The translations under genes were made by a program, and so were the position numbers. From positions 2,586,623 to 2,650,622 of the forward strand of contig NW_003314274.1 in the NCBI RefSeq assembly GCF_000143415.4: a stretch of 64,000 bases of DNA, in the 5' to 3' direction. Source of the stretch: Selaginella moellendorffii (Eukaryota; Plantae; Lycopodiophyta). This document shows, piece after piece, positions 13,300 through 27,200 of the stretch. Below the pieces are notes generated by a model that was not told the DNA's origin, ran no database searches, and saw only the letters and a list, made by a program, of their open reading frames with translations. Numbering within the stretch: position 1 is the stretch's first letter; each line of letters begins with the position of its first letter.

Positions 13300-15150
13300 T
13301 CAAGCTCCCCCTCAAACCAAGCCCTTGATACTTTTTATCCGCTACCGATTAATTTGGGCTTAACTTCCACTTACGAGCAGCCTCTCTAATAAGAGCCTAG
13401 GAATTCTTGGACGAGACCTTTAATGGACACATGGGAGAACTTTAAAGGGGATCGAATAAAAATGGAGCACGAAGGAAACTTAATCTGGTGACAGGGCGGG
13501 ATCCAAATAGGCATCCTTCTAATCCATGTCTCAAGGAGAGCTGCTCGAAAGCATGCAAGGAATCCATTCATATCTTGCCGATTTGCCTTTTTTGAATTAG
13601 CAACGGTTCTACCCTAACCCACGTACACATGGCTTCGAGCGGTCGCAGGAATGTTAATCGCATGGTCCCTGACCGTAGGAGCAAGAAAAAGCAACCCATT
13701 TTCCAGTACTGGGGCAAGGTGCCTTTCCAAGCTTCAAGATTTTGGCATTTGTTTTTCTTGCAATCAGGTTTACAAATACCAAGACGAACAAAACGGAAAA
13801 CTTGAGTATGTGGCCGTACCTGGGGACATTCCCTGCGTTGGATATGGCGTGTCAAAATGCGCTGCGATAGAGAACGTCAGAGGGAAGATTGAATTGATGG
13901 TGAAGGAATACAAAATGCACCTTAAGTTTCCGCCAATACCGTCCCCCCCTCAAAAGATGGATGACCTACTTCACGAGACTGAAGACGGCGTGCAGAACGA
14001 AGGCCATATACTAGAACAAGAGCTTTTCTGCGTAGATATTAAGATCTGAACACAATGGGAGCAATGACAACAAGCTTCTGTAGGCCCTGACTCGTACATG
14101 AGTCTCCCAAATTTTCCCCTCCCACTCTTCCGCCTGTAGCTCCTTTACATGTTCTTTTAGCATTGCAGAGAATTCCTTCTGATGCTGGAACTTTATTATA
14201 ACTTCTGCCTCCAAGGTCCCTTTACTGAAGGCAGCAACCTTCTCCTTTTTCTCTTGAAGCTTCACGGTCAAGCCTGCCGACCTCCAACTCTGTCTGCCCC
14301 ACTACTAGTTGGCCCCCATCATGGCTTCATCCTCCTTGTTCCAACTTTAATCAATTTCTAGACTTCCAGGAGCTCCTCCTTCTCCTTTTGTAAGTGAACC
14401 TTCACAGCCCATGCTTCCAAGGCAACCAGTTCCATCTGGAGGGCCCGCTGTTTATACTTGGGCAACAGCGCTGTCAAGGTCCACCATTCAGCATCTGGAT
14501 TACCTGCCAAAGCTCCGTGCTCTCCTTCTTTAGCAGGATGTCTTTTGGGAAACCTCCCTTGTCCCTTTGCTCCAACTTTCAAATCTCCCTTTCCTGCTGC
14601 TCAATGATCTCAACAATTTTGGCTTCCATGTCCGCTGCCACATTTGCCATGGATCTCGTATCATAGGTCCATGTCATCAACTTCAGCTCCTGCTCGATCT
14701 CTGCCTGGAGGATTGTCGGAATGATAGGCTTATGGGTCGAAATGCCAGTTGCGTGCATTTTAGTCTGGGTTTGGGTAGTTCAGCGTAGTCATAATTCACC
14801 TCAGCTCCATCGGTCCACGTGCAATCTAGCATTAAACCAGAAATTACGGCCCACATCCTAATCACGTCCCCGCTCAACTGCTCCTCTCCCTCTGGTTTCT
14901 TTTCCATCTCTCGAGCCTCCCCATGACATCTACTTCTTCCCTTCCCAACTCCGAAGATTGTCACTTGAGACAACTTCTCAGGGGTCAGATCAATCTCTAT
15001 GTGCTGCCCTTCCAAGCCACCCATCTTTGGCCACACTTGCACCCTGGCAACGTAGGAACCTAAATCCTGATACTGCGGCCTTCTCAGCGGAGGACCCAAA
15101 CCAGCAGCTCCTTGGCTTTCAGATTCAAGAACCAACCCACAATATGGGTC
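13300..15150 (-). mobile_element. Possible decayed retroelement/accessory-ORF fragment with charged coiled-coil reading frames
   Basis: Intronless GC-richer island with broken E/K-rich frames (14011-14271, 14358-14582) and a PPT-like AGGGGGAG on the minus strand near 13305. No diagnostic domain was recognised. Confidence 0.25.
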
Positions 15151-18100
15151 TGCTGCCTAGGAGGACAAATACAGGGTGGTTTTATTGCATGTTTATGGTT
15201 TAGCAGTTTAAGCCACACTTTTAAATATGATTATAGGATGTATAAATATTGGTTTATGGGAATTTTAATAGTATTTTTGGTATATAAATAAATTTAATAA
15301 TACTAAAAAATCAGTTCATGATGAATCACATTCCTTTATATTGCAGTTTACTGTATTGAGTGGCTATTGTGCTAATATTATCTCAATCATTCTTATTAAT
15401 TATTTTTTTATGTATCAATAAATAAATTATTATTTTAAATAAAGTGTTAGAAATATATGATATTACAAAAATCTTAAACTACATCTGAGTAGACAAAAAG
15501 TTTAACATAATTAATTACATGAATGACTGTATTAATGAGTAACATAAGATTTTAAATAACACTAAATGTAATTTTTAAAAAAATACATATAGCTCTTCAA
15601 ATTCTCTATTTTAAGTTATGCAATACATATTCTACTATAGTAACTATTTTAACTTTATTTACTTTGAACTTAAAGTATTGTTTTTTAATATGTTTGCCAT
15701 ATACCAACATTGTATGAGCAAATTTATTAATACAGTATCAAATCAAGAAAATACTCTTTTCTCATATACAATTAAAAATATCATATAAATTTTGGGAAAT
15801 TAATTGTTTCTCTAACATTCCAAATCTTAAATTGCTTTACTTGAACTCCATAATTTGAAGCTTAATATTTTGAGAAAATGTAATCACAATACATCTAATT
15901 TGATTATTCCTCTCAATTGTAATCTTGTATAGAATTTTAATCTTATTCAATTTTACGAGTTTAAAAACAATTTAAATGTATAGTTGCAATTAGTTTTTCT
16001 ATATACATATTTATTCACTACATATAATTATCAATGATTATGTGTCATGATTCCATCATAAAGAATTGATAAGTTTTATATAATGTCACATTTACATAAT
16101 AATTAAGATTAATTGAGTTACTCTATACATGGTTTCTAGGTATTTAAATATCAAAAAATATATAAATGTTAAATATGTGAAGTTAGAAGAATAAAAACAT
16201 TTATGAATAAACTTAAATTATTAGTATTAGTATTATTGAATAGTTGTCTACATTTATAGGTAAAATTTAAAGATAGTAAACCCAATATAGTTAATAATTT
16301 TTAAAATTATTATTTTATATTTTATTATTTTACTGTGACTAGTAGTTTTCTAATAGAATTATTAAGATTTCTTTAAAAATAGCTATAATATTTATATTGG
16401 AGATGGATATCCCAATCAGAGTGTTTAAAATCAAAGTAAAGATTGAAAGATAATTAACATTATAATCTTATATGATTCATTGATATATTAATAGAAGTAT
16501 AATAATTTTGATTGCTTATCAAATCCTATATGTAAATTTACATACCATATTTCTCTTTTAACATCTTCTTTTGAATGTTATGAGCAAATAAATGAAATAC
16601 AAGTCAATCTATCATGCAAAAATTTTCAATTGTGTATATAAATAAAAAAATTTTAGATTAGGTATGTAATTTTTCTTGTGCATCATGACTTTTTCACAAA
16701 GTTATTAAATATGTGTTAAAAAATCTATAAAATATTAGTTTAAAATTTAGATATTATATGTAAACCATATAATATCGGACTAATTAGTGAAAACTTTTGA
16801 AACAATAAAAAAATAGTGTGATTTTTTAAAAGAAACCTCTAGATTATTGGTCATTTAGATAAAATTTAATTACATATTTCTAATAAAATCATATGAAGAC
16901 ACAAAATTATTTTTCTTTAAAGGGTAGAACTTAAAGAAATTTTAATCTACGAGAATCGNNNNNNNNNNNNNNNNNNNNNNNNNNNNNNNNNNNNNNNNNN
17001 NNNNNNNNNNNNNNNNNNNNNNNNNNNNNNNNNNNNNNNNNNNNNNNNNNNNNNNNNNNNNNNNNNNNNNNNNNNNNNNNNNNNNNNNNNNNNNNNNNNN
17101 NNNNNNNNNNNNNNNNNNNNNNNNNNNNNNNNNNNNNNNNNNNNNNNNNNNNNNNNNNNNNNNNNNNNNNNNNNNNNNNNNNNNNNNNNNNNNNNNNNNN
17201 NNNGCACCTCTGTAAGTTTGTATATCTTTTAGTTACTTTACTAATTTTTGGTACTCAAGATGCTGGTAACTTGGATTAGCAATGTTAATGCCACTCAGAA
17301 TATCAAGTATGATGGTTGAAGATCCACTATCAAAAGCTCAACCTTCCAAAAATATGTCATCATACATTACATTTATCTAGAATTCTAGATATTTAGAATT
17401 TAAGTATGTCTTTTTTGTCTATATCTTCATAGTCCTCTACATGTGCTATCTCTATATATGAACATTTATTTATTAATATTATTATTTACTTATTAGTTAT
17501 ATTTATTTTAAAAGATAAAATTTCATATTTTTTAACCTTTACTAAAAGCATTTGATCATATCATATCATATTTTAAATTATCAAATTATCTTATATCAAA
17601 TTATTGTCTATTAATGATGTTTTGATGTATAATTTTCTATATCTAGAATTTAATATTGAAATCACAACTTTCTATATTTCTACTTCATTAATTTTTTAAC
17701 CTAAGCATTTTTCAAAACCTTGCTCACTAGTAACAACCTTAGATCTAGCAATATTATACTTTTGACCATTTAATCAAGAATTTTCTAGGTTGTGGCAATA
17801 AGCTTACATGCACAAATTACCAAATTATCTACATGTTATTCAAAATTCTTGACCAAATTAATTCCTAGCTTCGTTGGCCAAATACATGCTCAACCAAATG
17901 TTTGCAACTTCATTGTGTTTTTACCATATTTTTCATGTTTCTTTATAGTTATTATAATTACATATTGTTTCATATATTCATAAAGAAGCTGAAGTATTAC
18001 TCTAGGAGATAAAAAAGAATATATGTTTGTTGATTTTTCACTTTTGAATAAACAGTATTAAGCATATTGTGTTTATGGTGACTTGTTCATACTATTATTT

Positions 18101-20127
18101 GATTCATTTAAATTGTATATCACCAATATATCACCATTGATATTAGCATCAGAAGGTCTTAGGAGTGGGCCTATCCTTGGGGAGTAGCAAGTCGGGAAGG
18201 CATTGCTCTCCACTATAGTTCGTGTATGAACTTGTAGACGAGATGGTGGATAGAAAAGAGCCAATAATAGAACGATTTTGGGATCTTGGGAACAGTATAA
18301 GGGTTTCCTTAGAGAGTTGAGGATGTGATCCAAATGAACATTTGACTTAGCAAACTGTTTAATGTAGTTGTGGTAAACAACTATAATTGGGATCACAGGG
18401 AAGATCGAGACTCCAAAACAACAAAAGAGTTAAAACACTACCCTCATATAGCTGATGCTGGTGCTAATGAATTTGAGACCAGAATTAATGATTGTGAGAG
18501 GTTAAATATAGATGAGGACATAAGTCCTTGAAATAATAGAGGGGGATACCTTTTATAAATGCTAAAACAAACCCAAGGAGGATTTTAGCGGTGGTGGCTT
18601 TGCAGAGTGATCCTTGTGATGGTGGTGATGCTACTGAATATGAAAAAACTGGTTTTGGATCAGCAGCAATGAGTTGGTTAGAAATGGGATTCGCCCAAAC
18701 CAACACTGAGTCTCTCGATGTCCGTGTGTGGAAAGCAAAGAACACAACCAGCATGTCTTTGATTCCATGGCAACCAAGAGCATTGTGCCAAGGAACTTAC
18801 AGCCAAGTAGAAGATATCAAGCAAGGAGAACTTTGACTCAAGAAACTTTGCCACACTCAGCAAGGGATGAGCAATTCTCACAGTCGACTTGGATGCATAA
18901 CTCCATGCAATCTCTACAACATCAAATGAGTTATATTAATTTTAAGATATGGATGCTGTAATAAAAACTAATCTTGAAGACTAAAAATAATTTGGAAAAC
19001 TATTCTTACTTATAAAAAATACTAATATTTCGAGATATCATCAATAATTTATTTTTTCAGATGTATATAACACCAAAAATGTTTTTAAATAGTAAAAATA
19101 AAATTTATTTTTAATATTAATACTAACATATATTTTNNNNNNNNNNNNNNNNNNNNNNNNNNNNNNNNNNNNNNNNNNNNNNNNNNNNNNNNNNNNNNNN
19201 NNNNNNNNNNNNNNNNNNNNNNNNNNNNNNNNNNNNTTTGATCTTTTCTTCAATAGTGATGCATAGTTTGTATAAATTCTTTGATATTGTTCTAGATTTT
19301 TTTGCAATTATATTATCTTAATCGCTAAGCATGACTAAAATATCCAGCTAGTTTAAAAGGGTAAATCAACTTTTAAAACATACAGAAGTTAATGGTTTCC
19401 AAATAGAACACAATTATGTGTCATATTTGTGAGAATGATGAAGGAAAGATAGAGAATAACATTTCTAAAAATATTTATATTAGATATTTAATAAAAGATA
19501 AAATATTAATACACCTCTAAAAGCTTTTCAACCAAAACATGCTTTAGCATTAGATCAAGCTTGTGTAAGACATTTTGTATTCATAATATATAAGATGTCT
19601 ACTATGAAAAATAAATGATGAAGAGACAAAATACTTGTGAAAGAAAAACATTGAATAAGGAGGAGGAAAGGTCATAGAAATACAAGATTAAAATACTAAA
19701 AATACTTGTTTATATGAACTTCTCATGAATAAGGAGGAGGAAAGCTCATAGAAATACATCAAAATTATAATTAGGTGATATCATGCTAGTAAACTATATA
19801 TAGAAGGTATGATTTCAAAAGCCTTTGGAAATTCTTAAACATTTCACACTTTTCTACAAGATTGTCTCTAGCCAAAAGATTCAAAATCATATATTACTAA
19901 AAATCTAGAAAAGTTAAAATACATTAGTTATAAATTATTCAATACGACTTATTATTCAGCAATTATATAAAGAAGAACATGATTATAAACATACTTAGAT
20001 CTGACATATTAATATGTTCATAATAATATTATTTTTATATGTCACTTTATTTAATGCTGTATAAGAACTTATCAATATATAATAAAACATAATATTATTT
20101 TATTTTTTATTTACATTGTGAATTAGG

Positions 20128-20545
20128 TCTTATTATTTCATTTTATCCTCTCTACTTCTTCATTCTATTGTATTATAAATTATATTATTTATAAAATAAT
20201 TATAAAATTAGATCTAACATATTACAATATTCATGAATATATTTTATATATGTTGTTGGCATAAACGTTTTTATTATCATTTGTGAATAAAGTCTTATTA
20301 TTGCATTCTATCCTCTCAACTTCTTCATTCTATTGTATTATAAATTATATTTTTATAAACTAATTATAAAATTGGATCTAACATATTACAATATTCATGA
20401 ATATATTTTATATATGTTCTTGACATAAAAAAATTTATTATCTTTTGTGCATAAAGTCTTATTATTGCATTTTATTCTCTCTACTTCTTCATTCTATTGT
20501 ATTTTAAATTAGATTTTTTATAAAATAATTATAAAATTAGATATA
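20128..20545. repeat. AT-rich tandem repeat, ~165-bp unit, about 2.5-3 copies
   Basis: tcttattatt.cattttatcctctctacttcttcattctattgtatt recurs at 20128, 20293 and 20457. Diverged relatives lie near 60400-60730. Confidence 0.8.
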
Positions 20546-21699
20546 CATTTGCGCTTGCTTCAGCCACCAAAAGAATGCATTTTTGAGTGTCTAAAAGAAG
20601 CTCTAGTGGGATAATCACAGTATCCTTTCATTCATTTTCACTATCTATAATTGCCTGGGGAGCTCAACTTCTTATAGTCCATATTGTGTTATGTCATTTA
20701 TCTTCAAAATCCACCATGATGATCTTGAGGCAGTTATAATGTGGCAAAGTATAACTGGGTCATCTTCCTCTGTTTTGAATTTAAATTTCTAGCCATACAT
20801 TTATCTGTAATTATACTTATATATGTTCTAATTAATTATAAACTACAATTTAAATGTGCAAGTTTTATTCACTATAAAATCTATAATAGCATATTCATAT
20901 AATATGATAATAATGATATATACTTTATCCAATGGCAACATTTCGAAATGCCATCCCATACATGTCCATATTTGTCTTTATACAAATGTTGAGCAAAATT
21001 ATGTTCAATACCTTGAGATAGGTGAGATAGGTGAGATACCTTCAATAATTACAATAGATGCAAATCCAAAGAAATTTTTCTTACCATAATTCCTTTTATT
21101 CACTAAATTTGTGCATACTGGATTAGATATGGCAAATTATCATCACATATGAGTCTTTAATTGTCTGTGTTGAAATTTAAAAATGTTTAAAGTCATAATA
21201 ATGTTTGAAAACAACTCTCAACACAACCTAAATAATAAGTTAAGCTTACTCTTATTAAAAGCTTGACTTTAGCAACACATTGCTATATAGCCAAATATAT
21301 CAATTTAGTTGATTGGAAATGAATGGAATGAAATTACTTGCATAGAAAGATATGTGAATTTATGGTTCATGAGTTTTATGCAGCGTAAAACTCAAGGATC
21401 AATCTAGCCAAGTAGCACTTTAGTTTTATGTTTGCAAGTTATAGCTTTCTTGCCAGGTCTGGAGCTTTGTTGCAAGATTTACAGTGATTTTGGTATTAGT
21501 AAAGACGTGAAGCATGTTTTTAGCTGTTTTGGCAAAGCTTTGGCAAAAACATGATTAAATTGTAGCAAGTCCCTACAGATTTTATTTTTTATTTGAATTT
21601 TGAGTTGTTTCATAAGATTCCTGAAAAGCATCAAAAGATCATGGAATACCGTTGAGATAAACCAACTTACTTTCCTATCCAAACTCTAGGAATTTGTAA

Positions 21700-23150
21700 A
21701 ACCGTCACCATCAAACCAGTAGCGAATCACAATTTTTCCACAGTGGAATCTGGAAGAGAAAAGCATTGGCGATGGTAAGATTTCCTTACCAAAGCTCCAG
21801 TTGCCCCAGCATTCTCAAAGTGCTTTGGAAGAGATGTTGCAAGCCTCAAGCTGCCCCGCTTCACACTCTCAAGTTGGGACATGACCACCTATCGATGTTG
21901 GACTCGTTTGTGGACACCACCTAACAAGAAATAGAACAAGTGAAAGCAACGAGCAAGCACTTCACAGTTTATACCCCTCTTCGTGGCAGGCCTGTAGCTT
22001 TTGCATCATAGAAGTGTAAAGTAGGGACCATGTATTAGCACCCACTCTGCAAAAGAGAGTCGATTAGGAAGGATTCTAGCAGTGTATCACGTCAGTGTTC
22101 ACAAGGCAGCTGTCAAAGTTGAAAGCTGCAACCTAGTCTGACAACGTTCCACTATTATCTAGCTGCAAATCGAGTAAAAGTACCGTGATCCTGTGCATTA
22201 TCATAAGAGAAGCTTACATTGTTCACGAGTAAAATGACTCCCAATGGACAGAGATGCCTCCTATGCGTCTTGAAAGATGAATACCATCCAAAAGCGTTAA
22301 TTGCCAAACGCAAACCTTGTAGCATGTAAGGAACTTGAGATGGTCCAAGCTGGACAACTTCATGCCAAGCTGTCGAGTTTCCCTTGGCACGACAGCTTTC
22401 CCCTCAGAGACAAATCTTTTTACAGCTCACTTCTCCCTGTAGCATATCCTTCATAATAGTTTGATCCGAAGCCTGTACAAATCAGAAAGCTCTCTTGTCT
22501 CATCGCATTCTGCAAAAAAAAAGTACTTTCAATGCAGCAAAGCCTTTGGCCTTGAGAACACCCATGACAGGAGAGCTTGGATCTCCAAAATGCATTTGGA
22601 GTGATGCCTTCTGCAAGAAGAAGAAAAGAAAGAAATTGCTAGAAAAGAATGGAAAATCTTTACCAGTCATGTCAATCCCGACGCCCTTGCTCACAATGCC
22701 AATCGCCCCTGGCAAGTTTGAGATTCCAATGCTTGCATGGCAACCTACCAAATAACACATACTCAACAACGAAGCCCGTGAGGGCCTACACAGGGCATCC
22801 AATCTGTAATTTGTGTAGGAGTGTCTTCACTTGAGCAGGTTGAGTGTCCGGTTGAGTTTCTATTACCTCTATCGAGAGTCTTCTTGCTTCATCTTTGGTT
22901 ATTTGGACGTTTTGTGTGCTTTCTCTGAACCTATGTTGGTAATCAGTTACAGATTGAGAAAGCTCCACGTTTCTCTTGAGTATTGAGCTCCTTTGTAATC
23001 TCTGTAATTTGCAATTTTTATGACAGCAACGCACGAATATCACCGACTTTCAGACTCTTGCGTCATCAACGCCAGCTTTTCCTTTGCAAATGTTGCACCT
23101 GCCTCATCTCGAGTGCATTCAACACGAGCTGAAGTAAGACTATGCCTGTG
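21700..23150 (-). pseudogene. Spliced, disabled gene: coiled coil followed by a possible SMC-hinge domain (DMS3/GMI1-like)
   Basis: Short introns and a coiled-coil exon (22786-23043), then GAIGIVSKGVGID, SLQMHFGD..MGVL, KKICL* and GLRLAINAF. These resemble DMS3 GVVGVVAKLG, AICLE and GFAVNMI. In-frame stops are present. Confidence 0.35.
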
Positions 23151-24029
23151 GAAAACAAATGAGAATGACAATAGTCACCTGTCGACTCCCCTTCAGCTGT
23201 TTTCATATGCTCCAGAGCAACATTGAGCTGCTTACGTCATTCATCTTAGAAGAGCTCATAAATTAACAAACGATTTGAAAGAAAACATCAAATTACATGT
23301 GATGTTTCCATTAGGCTCCTTACATCTCGTCCATACCATCTAAAAATAAGGAACGAGAAATGTAAGAAAAAAGCTACAGAAAAGAAAATGAACATAAAGG
23401 ACGTGCTCCAGGTGCTACTACAAATGTAGAACGAATTCCTCACTCCTCTTCATAGAGTCTTTTATAACCTGGATACAAAATATGTATAGACCTCTTGAGA
23501 CAAAAAGAAACTTACAGTTCCTCAGCCCTTTTCAGAACCATGGCTAGGTGCTTCGTCTTCTACCTTTTAGGCAAGACTTTAATTCTTCCTAAAACAAAAC
23601 CATCAGCAAGGCACATTTTGAGCTCTAGTCATTTACTCTCAGTTCTTGCTCCTTTTCATTTTGTTTCCACCAGAACATGTGTAAGGGCACGAAGCTTGGT
23701 GTTGAGCCATGGATATCCTTGAACGTCAACTGTAGGAAAAGAGTATCGTACAATGCAATAAATTAGACTAAAATAAATGAAACTTTCGTCCATAAAATTA
23801 AAGTGTCACTACACCAGATATTCTGGCAATGGCTGCAAAAACATCATCATATCTAGGGGGAAGAAAATAGAAGAAATACAATATGGGGTTTCTTGAATTC
23901 TCATTTGCAGATAATCTATATGCAATTGCAAGATCTCAACACCTGCCAGGGAGAGAAAAAGTCAAGAGGACAGAGAGAGATGTCAGTACTTTATGGGTCC
24001 ATGTGGCTGACTGGTTCCACAGAAACATT

Positions 24030-24053
24030 GCTCTGCAATGAAGACCTCATCAT

Positions 24054-24084
<31 letters not shown>

Positions 24085-24296
24085 TTTCCTGCTAGCGATG
24101 ACTGATGCTCTCTCCCACACCCTAAAAGACATTTGAAATTTTTTATGATCCCAAAAGTCACGACTCTCCATTATTTAATCTCAACCATTAGATTTTTGGC
24201 ATATGCCCAGAATAAGCATCCCCAGCATATGCTATTATTATACTAACCCTTTCATTTAAATATGAGTACTAGCAAAAGTCCCAGCTACGCTGGGAG
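24030..24296 (-). mobile_element. Helitron head-to-tail junction (3' hairpin + CTAG fused to TACTCATATTTAAA 5' end)
   Basis: Plus strand reads aatatGAGTA|CTAGcaaaagtCCCAGCtacGCTGGG. CTAG is at 24269-24272 and the hairpin at 24280-24294. Confidence 0.75.
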
Positions 24297-27200
24297 CATC
24301 ATATTTATTTCTGATGATTTGGTAATTTCAAAGAGTTGTAATCATAATTGTAATTTTTAACATATTTATATTAATAACATACATAGATAAACAAAATATA
24401 ATATTTATAATGAAAGTTCCTTTTACATAATATATGTTTAATATATGTTTACAATTATATATATGCTTAATATATAAATTATTATTATATTATAACATGC
24501 TATATTATAATGTATATATAAAAAATTTAGTATCATGATTTTTATGATATTAAAATATTATAGAATAAGTTATTAATATCTTAACTTATAATTTATAGTA
24601 TAATTTGTGTAACCAGAAGCCCATGCATGCATTGTCAAAGTGTGGAATACAAATAAATTTCCTATTCTATCTACATGATCAACAAGAAATAGATGTGACT
24701 CACTCTTATTGTCTAATGCTAGCTTGCAATAGTGCTGGTTGGATGGTGTCACCCTAATAACTTGGATATGAGCATACATCACTTTTTTTCTCCATGACAA
24801 GTTGGCACATTGTGGCAGCATTACATCTTGAATCTCTATCAGATTCTCATCACTATCAAGCTTCAAAAAAGCTAATCAGCTCACTACTCTGCCCTAAATT
24901 ACCCTAATGCCTGGCTAGATAAAGAAAATATATCTTAGCCCACATATCAATGTAGTGTTCAAATGGCCAGTCCCGCATGTAGAGCTTCCGCATTGGAAAC
25001 AATTTTTCAAAGATATTTGTCATCACAATGTCTGCTTTCCATTGAAAAAAAATGCAAAGGAGAAGAACATGATAATGCGTTGAGAGAAAAAAATACAAGA
25101 AACAACCTTGTGTTTCTTTAAGTTAGATTCACTGTTTGTTTCAGAGTTCAAGTAAAAAAGGTTACTCACGAAAAGAATAGCAGATTGTATAATTTATGAT
25201 GTTGAAGTACATCCACACTTTCATACTTCGCATTTATACATTTTTATAAGTACTTAAATTTATTCTCTAATATAATATCTGCAGTCAAAAAAGCTATATG
25301 TCTATTAATACCAAATTATAATAGTGCATTAGTATTTGCATCAATAGGTGCAAACATTGAAGAGATTGCAGTAGGTGGCCCTTATTATTTTAAAATACAT
25401 GGACAAGTTTATTATAATATTGGTTTATTCACAGTTATATATTTTAGATACTGCTTAAGCAGCAGAAATAAGTATGGTAAATAAGTATTGAAATAATAAA
25501 ATCAGCGATATGATTTGTGATTTTTCCAGAACATTTGCTTGTGCTTCATCAGCATTTCACTTAACAAGTTTTTGTCAACTCATCCATGATGTTTTGCATT
25601 TTATCTAACACTTATTTTGCTTTTACTTTTGATTGTTGCCTACTTGACGGTTTGTTTGCATGGTTGGTTGTGTAGAATTTATTGTCTTTATCCATCTTCC
25701 TCTTGCCACTTTTTATGCTTAGAAGCTTAATACATACATAGGTAAACTTCATGTTTATGTTAAGCATTAGTCCTTAATTCTTACCATCACATCTCACCAT
25801 TGTGGAGTTATCATTCTCCATCTCTTCAAAAATTTGGAGAGGTATCGTTTGAATCAACCTAACTTCTTTTGAGCCATCCATCAAAACTCTTATTCAGTTT
25901 CTATATAATAGTTGTGCTAACAGTGCATATACACGTGACTTAGATAGAAAATAAAGAGATAGTTTGAATTCAAGTCTTGGCAATAATGAAGCTCCTACAA
26001 AGCACAGAACTCATATGCTCACATTTCACACACTTAAGCATATCCATCGCCACCTTTTGATCATCTCTCCAAGTCCTCGTGAACTTTACAGGCACTAAGC
26101 AGTCACTAAGAAGTGAATGACATTCTCTTGATGAACCTATCTGCATCTTGTATTAGTTTAGTTCTCTTGAGAAAGTCTGCCACAGTACGTGCTCGTGTGA
26201 TAAGTCCACATTATCCACATTCTCATTATCATCAGGATCATACAAGAGTGGAAGTGCCTGGAAATTTAGAAGCAGAGAAAACATTGTTCAAGTTATTACT
26301 TTCTGATCATCCCCAGAGGAAATAAGTGAAGAGTTAGGCAGCACACTGAGTACAAGAGTCACCACATCTGTGATCCATACGCCCCAAATAGTTGAGAACC
26401 GTATGGAACTGTTTGCAGGACTTTCCCAGAGGCTGATTATTCAAAGCCAATGTTGTTGTTGTCCTTGTGTTCTCCACCACATCATATGCAGGAAAGACAA
26501 AGACAAATAGGGATCATCATAACAATCTGCTCGAGGCTACCCCACCATCTGGAGATGATTCCAGTGGAGTGGTTCCATAAAGCTTCTCGATCTAGGCCCC
26601 AAGAACATGTTATATTGAAATCCCTAGCAATGGCACTACCACAGAGAATGCTACCGCCCCAACTCCATGCTCAAGCCCTGGAAGAATGCGTGAAGCCCTA
26701 TCTTCCGCCTGCTATGAGAGTTCTAAACAGCACGGGAGGGATTTTTCTTGGTGGGTTCCTCTTCGCAGTGAATGGATTCTCTTTAGTGAGTGTGCAGTTC
26801 CATGTGCTGATATCAGTAGCACTAAAGAGGAGGAAAATTCTGTACTGGGACAGCGAGCATAACTGCGAGTGTGCTCTCATATTTACATGATTCTGACTCT
26901 GCGCAAGCGTGGAATTTAAGTAAGCTTTTGCGAAAGTGACCGTGAGTGATATGGTGTAAGGTTTGTATTGCTTACTTGTTGCTTAGTGCTTCAACAGGAA
27001 TACCGGAGGAGAAGAGACATCTTGCGACAGGCCAACTATAGGCTCCATGGTTCATGTGGAGTACACAGCCTGATTATGTAGAGGAGCTGTTGATATCAAT
27101 GTAGAGAAGCAAGGTGACTTTGAGCTTGAACTGAGCAGTGGGCTTGTACTTGGCCTTCTCAACACATATGTTACTGTTATGTGTGTTGGTCAGAGTGCTC

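Noticed and set aside
3414-24268. Autonomous Helitron RepHel gene
   Set aside because: No HUH Rep or Pif1 helicase motifs were found in any ORF.
26698-26880. UBP14/USP5-like motif IPPVLFRTLIAGG
   Set aside because: A single short match without Cys/His boxes or QQDA is insufficient.
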